64,000 nucleotides of DNA from Terriglobia bacterium. Lineage in GTDB: Bacteria; Acidobacteriota; Terriglobia; Acidiferrales; UBA7541. The stretch is from NCBI GenBank assembly GCA_963811715.1, contig CAWESM010000006.1:35237-99236 (forward strand), in the 5' to 3' direction. The notes under the pieces were generated by a model. That model was given only the letters and a program-made list of their open reading frames with translations, did no database searches and had not been told where the DNA came from. A program made the translations under genes and the position numbers. Below are positions 58,046 to 64,000 of the stretch, one piece after another. The stretch's first letter is position 1. Every line of letters starts with the position of its first letter.

Positions 58046-58429
58046 CTACTCGTAAGACGCGGAGAGCACTCGGCCATCGGCCAGCACGATTTTCATCAGC
58101 AATAAAACAGGCTTGCCGTTTTTACCGGGATGCCCGGTCACGGAAATGGTGTCCCCTGCTTTCAAGGAATCTCGTTTAAATCCGGCCCTCACCATCATGT
58201 TCAGGCTCACGCCTTCCACGTCCCAATCCACGGCTTTGCCGCCCTCTTGGTCCACCTTCAGGAAGATCTGTACATGCGGATTGATCAATTCATAGTCAAC
58301 GACAGTGCCCTTGATCGTTGACACTTGATCCATCTGGAAGGCGGCAAAACCGTGATGCGCGAGCACTGGATGCGATACCAGAAGGAGGCACATTGCAGCG
58401 CCGAACAGGATCCATCGCTTGTTGCTCAT
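58046..58429 (-). CDS. small exported protein, type B, copy 2 (DUF6152-like; predicted mature N-terminus His-His)
   Basis: GGAGGGA RBS. MSNKRWILFGAAMCLLLVSHPVLA|HHGFAAFQ...IKGTVVDYELINPHVQIFLKV...AVDWDVE. Confidence 0.65.
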   Translation of the reverse strand: MSNKRWILFGAAMCLLLVSHPVLAHHGFAAFQMDQVSTIKGTVVDYELINPHVQIFLKVDQEGGKAVDWDVEGVSLNMMVRAGFKRDSLKAGDTISVTGHPGKNGKPVLLLMKIVLADGRVLSASYE

Positions 58430-58596
58430 CGTGGTCCCTCCAGCGAAATCCGAAACCTTGGGCGGCCCCAAAGTATGAGTGACTCCTGCCGCGCGGAGTC
58501 GCAGTCACACCGGACGAGCGCGCCCGCCATCACCTGAGTGGCCACATTATACAAAGCTTGGGAACTCTGCAATCATTCCCTTCGGCTCTTCCGCGT

Positions 58597-59847
58597 CTAC
58601 GGCTTCAAGGACAATTGAGCCGCGGTCAGCGCGTTCGGCGGCAGCGCAGATGACATCCCTTTAAAAATAAACCGCTGGGCGCGAGCGCCTGGCGCCACTT
58701 CCGCCGCGTAGATGTTGCCTTTGGAATCGACCGCAATGTGATGGATACCCTGGAAATCCCCGGGCTCGGCCCCTCGTTTCCCGAATTGATAAAGGATTTC
58801 GAGCGACTTCCGATCGACCACGACAACGTGTGAATTGCCGTAGTCCGAAATGTATAGGAATTGCTGACCCTTGTCCGGCGAAAAAGCCAACCCTGAGGCC
58901 GACCCGGACGCTGGGCCGGCTCGGTTGATGAAGACTTGCTTGATGTACTTGCCATCCGGCGTGAATAACTGCACGCGCCTGTTGGAACGGTCGACGACGT
59001 ACACGATGTCATCATTCGACACGAGGACGCCATGCACAGGGCTGGCGAATTTAGGCGACCCTTCGCCTTCCGTATCGAGGACCCGCCGCGCTCCTCCACC
59101 TTCCGCCGTATCCGCGCCACCCGCGCCAGGATGACCTCCTGATGGGCCCGGACCGCCTGAGTTGGCGTCGTCCTCCGGAGGCTTACCGAACGCGCCCCAC
59201 ATGCGCTTGAACGCGCCGGTGTCCGCATCGAAGACGATCAGTCGCCGATTCCCGTAGCCGTCGGAGACGTAGAGCTCATTCGTCTTGGGGGACACGAACA
59301 AGTCCCCAGGCTTGTTCACGCTCTTGGGGTCCGTGCTTCCCTGGCTTACGGATCGGCCGCCAATCTGCATCAGAAATTTCCCGTTGTTGGTGAATTTGAT
59401 CACCATGTCGTCCGATCGCTTCGTTTTCGATTGGCCACTCGGACTGCTCCCACTGATCCAGACATTGTCCTTGTAGTCCACGAAAACGTTGTGCTCGGCA
59501 TCCGGCCAGTCGTACCCGGCGCCTTCCCCTCCCCACGCCTGCACGAACTTCCCATTCGTGTCCAATTCCACCACCGGCGGCGCCGACGTTTTATCGGCAG
59601 GGACGGTACGCGGCCGGTGAATGAGCCACACATTATCGTGCCGATCGACCACGATCTTGGAAACGTTGCCGAGAACCCAGTTGTTGGGAAGCTTCGGCCA
59701 CGCGGGGTCTACCTCGAAGACCGGCACCTTCTCGACATTCGTCGATTGCGCGACCGACGCCCGACCGAGGTTCCGCGGGCTCATGCCAATGGCGATCCAG
59801 AATGCGACGAAGGTGAGATTTACCAGCCACTGCTTTTTCGTTGTCAT
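58597..59847 (-). CDS. NHL-repeat six-bladed beta-propeller protein (bacterial PAL-like) with N-terminal signal/anchor
   Basis: AAGGAG RBS before the ATG at 59847. NHL-type repeats LYVSDGYGNRRLIVFD, VYVVDRSNRRVQLF, LYISDYGNSHVVVVD and IYAAEVAPGARAQRF. Confidence 0.75.
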   Translation of the reverse strand: MTTKKQWLVNLTFVAFWIAIGMSPRNLGRASVAQSTNVEKVPVFEVDPAWPKLPNNWVLGNVSKIVVDRHDNVWLIHRPRTVPADKTSAPPVVELDTNGKFVQAWGGEGAGYDWPDAEHNVFVDYKDNVWISGSSPSGQSKTKRSDDMVIKFTNNGKFLMQIGGRSVSQGSTDPKSVNKPGDLFVSPKTNELYVSDGYGNRRLIVFDADTGAFKRMWGAFGKPPEDDANSGGPGPSGGHPGAGGADTAEGGGARRVLDTEGEGSPKFASPVHGVLVSNDDIVYVVDRSNRRVQLFTPDGKYIKQVFINRAGPASGSASGLAFSPDKGQQFLYISDYGNSHVVVVDRKSLEILYQFGKRGAEPGDFQGIHHIAVDSKGNIYAAEVAPGARAQRFIFKGMSSALPPNALTAAQLSLKP

Positions 59848-60166
59848 CGCTTCACTCCTTAGATCGTGTGTCACACTGTAGGCAATGCCAATAATCCGGG
59901 CCGGCGCAAGTGACATCGCAACTCTTACGCGCCGCGCTGCTGGGCGTATACGTAGGGTCCGCCACGCTAGCGGCTTTGTTCTAACAGGGAACTGGTGTGT
60001 TTGGCAAAGCGAATTTCACTGCTCATCGCTACACACTGGATCCGACAATTCTGGGCGAATCGTCGCCAATCCGAAAGTTGGGATGGGATCGTCGCCAATG
60101 CCCGCGTACGCCGTGATTCATTCCCAATCCAGTCCTTGATCGGGTAGACTTGGCCGACTCGCTCCT

Positions 60167-62851
60167 ATGCCACTTTCTGTAGGCGATAAGCTTGGCCCCT
60201 ACCAGATCCTCGCGCCGATTGGCGCGGGCGGCATGGGAGAAGTGTATCAGGCGCGTGATAGCAAGCTCGGACGCGACGTGGCCATCAAGGTCTTACCTGA
60301 AGCGTTTGCGCATGATTCCGAGCGGCTCTCCCGTTTTCAGCGGGAAGCCAAACTACTGGCATCACTGAATCATCCGAACGTCGCAACGATTCACGGTCTC
60401 GAAGATTCCAACGGCACAAGCTACCTCGTCATGGAACTTGTTCCCGGCGAAACGCTGGCGGATCGCATCCAGCGAGACGGCCCGGTTCCCGTTGAAGAAT
60501 CTCTGGCCATCGCCAAGCAGATTGCCGAGGCACTGGAAGCCGCGCACGAAAAAGGGATCATTCATCGTGACCTGAAACCCGCGAATGTGAAGGTGACACC
60601 CGAAGACAAAGTCAAAGTTCTGGACTTCGGGTTGGCGAAAGCCTTTGCGGGCGACACGCCCAACGAAGACATGGGCAATTCTCCCACTCTTAGTCGGGCC
60701 GCCACAATGCTGGGAGTAATTCTCGGCACGGCTGCGTACATGTCACCCGAGCAAGCACGTGGCAAGACAGTAGACAAGCGCACAGATATTTGGGCCTTTG
60801 GTGCGGTGCTGTATGAATTGCTGACTGGCATGCAAGCATTCAGTGGTGAAGATGTAACGGAAATTCTCGCAGCGGTGGTGAAGTCCGAGCCGGATTGGAG
60901 CCGGCTCCCGGAACTGACTCCATCCACCATCAGAACCTTGCTGCGCCACTGCCTGCGGAAAGACAAGCGCCAGCGTATGCCCGACGCAGCGGCCGTGCGC
61001 ATCGTGATTGACGACGTTCTCACGGGTGCCGCATCTGCCAAGGCAATCCCCGCCGCGCGGGGCCGGCAACAATTCGGCTGGATTCCCATTGCGATGGCCA
61101 CCGTCCTCCTGCTCTTGCTGGCCGCACTGTCCTTCGTCCACTTCCGCGAGACGCCGCCGTCCGAACAGCGCGCGGCCCAATTCGAAGTGCCGTCGCCTAC
61201 GGCCCGCGTGGGCCCCTTCGCGATCTCGCCCGATGGACGTTATCTGGCCATGAGCGGCGGCGGCCGCAGCCGGCTGTGGGTCCGGCCCATCGATTCGCTC
61301 GAAGCCCGCGAGCTGCCGGGAACCGACGGCGGCTTCTACCCCTTCTGGTCGCCGGATAGCTCCTACATCGGGTTCTTCGCCGATGGAAAGCTCAAGAAGA
61401 TTGCTTTGGCCGGTGGCGAAGCCCAGATCCTTTGCGATGCCGCCGGCAACGCGGGAGGAAGCTGGGGCCCAAACGGGACCATCCTCTTCCCGTTAAGCGG
61501 CGTCACGAGTTTATCGCGCGTTTTGGGGAGAGTTTCCGCAGCCGGAGGCGTTCCCACCCCTGTGACAAAAGCTGCGGTCGAGGGAGATAATCATAAGTAT
61601 CCGGAGTTTCTGCCGGACGGCCGGCGCTTTCTCTATTTGCTCGTCAGCGAGAAAACAGAGACCGCCGGAATTTATGCGGGATCGCTAGACGGCGCGCCTC
61701 CGGTGCGGCTGCTGCCTGACCAGTCCAACGCCACCTATGCGTCGGCAAATGCCTCGGCACGGGACGGCTTTCTTTTGTTCCGGCGCGAGACCACCTTGAT
61801 GGCGCTGCCGTTCAATTCCGAACGTCTCCAAGCGACCGGCGAGATGTTTCCTCTGGCGCAGCAAGTAGGCAACGCCGGCAACGCTGCCCACGCTGGGTTC
61901 TCCGTCTCGGCGAATGGGGCCTTGGCCTATCTTACTGCCTCTGCCACGCAACAACATGAATTGGCTTTCTTGGACCGGACCGGTAAGCGCCTGGGTGCAT
62001 TGGCTAAGACCGGCATGATTCGTCCCTTTGCGATTTCGCCCGATGACCGCATGGTGGCGGTTTCCATCATCGACGCACAAACCGGGGCAACCGATATCTG
62101 GCTGGCGGACGTGGCGCGAAACGCAATCTCTCGCTTCACTTCTGTGACAGGAGCGGGAAGTATCGCGAGTTTTCCGGCCTGGTCTCCGGACGGGAAACGC
62201 ATCGCGTTTTCGATTCGCCCCCCAGATACTGTGCGGCGCAATCTGTACTGGAAGGCCGCCAATGGAATCGGCCAGCCGGAACTGCTGGCGCACGGAATCG
62301 GCGGCGACATGGGTCCGTATAGCTGGTCCCACGATGGGAAGTTCATTGTGTACGCGGAGAACGGCAATAAGACCAAAAGAGACATTTGGCTGTTGCCGCT
62401 GGAGGGCGATCGCAAACCGGTTCCGTATCTGAACACTGCGGCCGACGAAGATTTCCCTCAGTTCTCGCCTGATTCGCGATGGATGGCCTACGCATCCGAT
62501 GAGTCCGCGCAGGCCCAGGTCTACATTCAGGCCGTTCCGCCGAATGGTACGCGAGTGCAGGTAAGCACGGCGGGGGGATCGCAGCCACGTTGGCGCCGCG
62601 ACGGCAAGGAACTGTTCTACGTTTCGGCGGACCAAAAAATGATGGCTGCCCCCATCCAAGTGTCAAACGCGAGCATCCAGGCCGGAACGCCCAAGGCCCT
62701 GTTTGAGGGCGCGCCTGAAACCATTCCGGAGACCTTCTTGTACCAGCCCACCGCCGACGGCCAGCGTTTTCTCGTGAATGTCCCTTCGAACGAAGGCGCC
62801 TCTCCACGGCTCACGGTGGTGCTCAATTGGCGGGCCCGCTCCAGCAAATGA
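60167..62851 (+). CDS. Ser/Thr protein kinase fused through one TM helix to a TolB-like PD40 (WD40-like) beta-propeller
   Basis: GAGGMGEVYQA...AIKVL, HRDLKPANV, DFGLAK and GTAAYMSPEQ motifs. TM helix IAMATVLLLLLAALSFV. Repeated PD40 signatures (F)SPDGR.(L/I)A. Confidence 0.9.
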   Translation: MPLSVGDKLGPYQILAPIGAGGMGEVYQARDSKLGRDVAIKVLPEAFAHDSERLSRFQREAKLLASLNHPNVATIHGLEDSNGTSYLVMELVPGETLADRIQRDGPVPVEESLAIAKQIAEALEAAHEKGIIHRDLKPANVKVTPEDKVKVLDFGLAKAFAGDTPNEDMGNSPTLSRAATMLGVILGTAAYMSPEQARGKTVDKRTDIWAFGAVLYELLTGMQAFSGEDVTEILAAVVKSEPDWSRLPELTPSTIRTLLRHCLRKDKRQRMPDAAAVRIVIDDVLTGAASAKAIPAARGRQQFGWIPIAMATVLLLLLAALSFVHFRETPPSEQRAAQFEVPSPTARVGPFAISPDGRYLAMSGGGRSRLWVRPIDSLEARELPGTDGGFYPFWSPDSSYIGFFADGKLKKIALAGGEAQILCDAAGNAGGSWGPNGTILFPLSGVTSLSRVLGRVSAAGGVPTPVTKAAVEGDNHKYPEFLPDGRRFLYLLVSEKTETAGIYAGSLDGAPPVRLLPDQSNATYASANASARDGFLLFRRETTLMALPFNSERLQATGEMFPLAQQVGNAGNAAHAGFSVSANGALAYLTASATQQHELAFLDRTGKRLGALAKTGMIRPFAISPDDRMVAVSIIDAQTGATDIWLADVARNAISRFTSVTGAGSIASFPAWSPDGKRIAFSIRPPDTVRRNLYWKAANGIGQPELLAHGIGGDMGPYSWSHDGKFIVYAENGNKTKRDIWLLPLEGDRKPVPYLNTAADEDFPQFSPDSRWMAYASDESAQAQVYIQAVPPNGTRVQVSTAGGSQPRWRRDGKELFYVSADQKMMAAPIQVSNASIQAGTPKALFEGAPETIPETFLYQPTADGQRFLVNVPSNEGASPRLTVVLNWRARSSK

Positions 62852-63213
62852 TCCGCGAGTGAAGGTCACGCACTCGAGTGTGCCGCAAACCACGCGAGTT
62901 GTTCGGCGCTATTGCGGCGGAAGATCTCGCGCCGATAAGGGTCGACGCGTCCAGCAGGCAGCACCGGTTTCTTGGACTACAGCGCCGCGGCGTAGGCCTT
63001 TAACTGTACATCCGGCGGAACCATATGGTCGCCGGTTGCCACCACCATCAACAGCCTTCCGTCCGATTTGCCGCGCGACGGCGCGTGCCCGCGGGGCAAA
63101 TACCATCACTCGCCGGTAGTGGCTGAATCTTTACAAACACTCTCGCTCATAGAGGGTTGGCGGGATGGCTCTAGGATTGTCGGCGACTCGGAAACAAAGC
63201 CAGTGCCTCGTAG

Positions 63214-64000
63214 CTAACTATTCGCCGAGTCTTCGCTTCGGTTCACATAGAGCCGCCCGCCTCGAATCGTCGCCGCGCTCTGAAGCTTCTGCCGTCCCGT
63301 GCGTTTCTTCCCGTCGGTGTCCGTGAAAACAAACGTCCCTTCGCGGACCTCGATGATGCTGATATCCGCCACCGTTCCAGGCCGCAGGGTTCCCAGTTCA
63401 ACCCCGAAATTGAACACGCGCGTCGGGCTCACCGTGACCCGTTCAACCACCTGATCCAAGCTCAGCCCCAAGGGCAAGAACTTTGAGACCGTAGTGATCA
63501 AGTCAAACGTTGGGCCGTTGATGCTCGTGGATGCGAGATCGCTACTGATCGTGTCGGGGAGGAAATTCTGTTGGATACATTTTTCCGCTACGTCAAAGTC
63601 AAAACTGTTGCTGCCGTGGCCGAGATCGAAAAAGACGCCCTGCTGGCGAGCTTGCAGCACCTCGGGGAGGAGTTTTCCGTTGGCATCGAGAATCCCGTTC
63701 GGCCGTCCGTTAAAACAGTGCGTTAATACATCACCCTTTCGCATTCGGCTGATGATTTCCCGCAGAGGAGAATACGAATCTCCGATGTGAACCATTAGGG
63801 GCAGATGGGTTGCGTCAGCCGCCTCAAGCGCTCTCTTCAGGACTTCGAGATCGTTTGGCCCCGTGGTTTCCTTGGAAAGCCGGCATTTTATTCCCACGAC
63901 GTCTGGTTTGTTCTCCTCCGCTGCCCGCGCCGTAGATTGCGAATTCACCCAGTCTAGATTTCCGTACTCTCCCGCCAGGCCCATCATGACTCCAAAACCA
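63214..64000 (-). CDS. amidohydrolase/deacetylase-family metallohydrolase, 5' end beyond the right window edge
   Basis: ...PLMVHIGDS...GDVLTHCFNG...FDLGHGSNSFDF...GTLRPGTVADISIIE... is typical of the dihydroorotase-like amidohydrolase superfamily. The ORF is open to base 64000. Confidence 0.75.
   Translation of the reverse strand, partial: GFGVMMGLAGEYGNLDWVNSQSTARAAEENKPDVVGIKCRLSKETTGPNDLEVLKRALEAADATHLPLMVHIGDSYSPLREIISRMRKGDVLTHCFNGRPNGILDANGKLLPEVLQARQQGVFFDLGHGSNSFDFDVAEKCIQQNFLPDTISSDLASTSINGPTFDLITTVSKFLPLGLSLDQVVERVTVSPTRVFNFGVELGTLRPGTVADISIIEVREGTFVFTDTDGKKRTGRQKLQSAATIRGGRLYVNRSEDSANS

Noticed and set aside
61685-62659. 324-aa minus-strand ORF, and the similar 27059..27895 ORF
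   Set aside because: They are shadows of the kinase-PD40 gene and the HugZ-like gene respectively, with Arg-rich translations and no motifs.

Overview
GC-rich bacterial chromosomal segment. The gene content (exported VOC/BNR/NHL proteins, Ser/Thr kinases fused to PD40 propellers, several PilZ proteins) looks Acidobacteriota-like; that is inference only. All calls come from reading the supplied ORF translations and the DNA by eye; no searches were run.

Layout:
- 1-8.2 kb: hom, then a decaying block. It holds a ferredoxin/MBL fusion, an IS1182-like insertion with inverted repeats and a 4-bp duplication, and a thiolase-amidohydrolase-aryl-AMP-ligase-SDR operon. Four of these genes need frame changes to be read through.
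- 8.4-16 kb: MazF/RHH toxin-antitoxin pair, then a regulatory cluster (LuxR-type regulator, PilZ, pseudo-receiver-PilZ, orphan MraZ-like protein with a degenerate receiver, Crp/Fnr regulator) and an MFS transporter.
- 16-27 kb: housekeeping block on the minus strand, yceD-rpmF-plsX-fabD-fabG-[PQQ dehydrogenase]-acpP-fabF-etfB-etfA, plus a dGTPase-like gene.
- 27-38 kb: HugZ-like protein, a cyclase/Ser-Thr-kinase/SPOR fusion, rpoD, pepF, and a large BNR/Asp-box exoprotein.
- 38-45 kb: exported VOC protein, a Cys/Met-rich protein + Met-rich putative outer-membrane barrel + membrane cytochrome c cluster, YfgM-like TPR protein, cold-shock protein, and a PilZ/coiled-coil protein.
- 45-55.6 kb: accessory graveyard. 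It holds tRNA-Arg(CCT) plus two extra decayed copies of its 5' half and upstream flank, two integrase remnants, transposase remnants and a tRNA(CAT).
- 55.7-64 kb: an NHL propeller gene followed by a tandemly duplicated two-gene cassette of exported proteins, a Ser/Thr kinase-PD40 fusion, and a partial amidohydrolase.

A roughly 75-bp double-hairpin REP-like element occurs twice.

I found no CRISPR array, rRNA, prophage or recognisable complete defence system. The most interesting candidates are the NHL/(B-A)x2 exported cassette, the Met-rich barrel/cytochrome c cluster, the tRNA-Arg 5'-half triplication and the cyclase-kinase-SPOR fusion.
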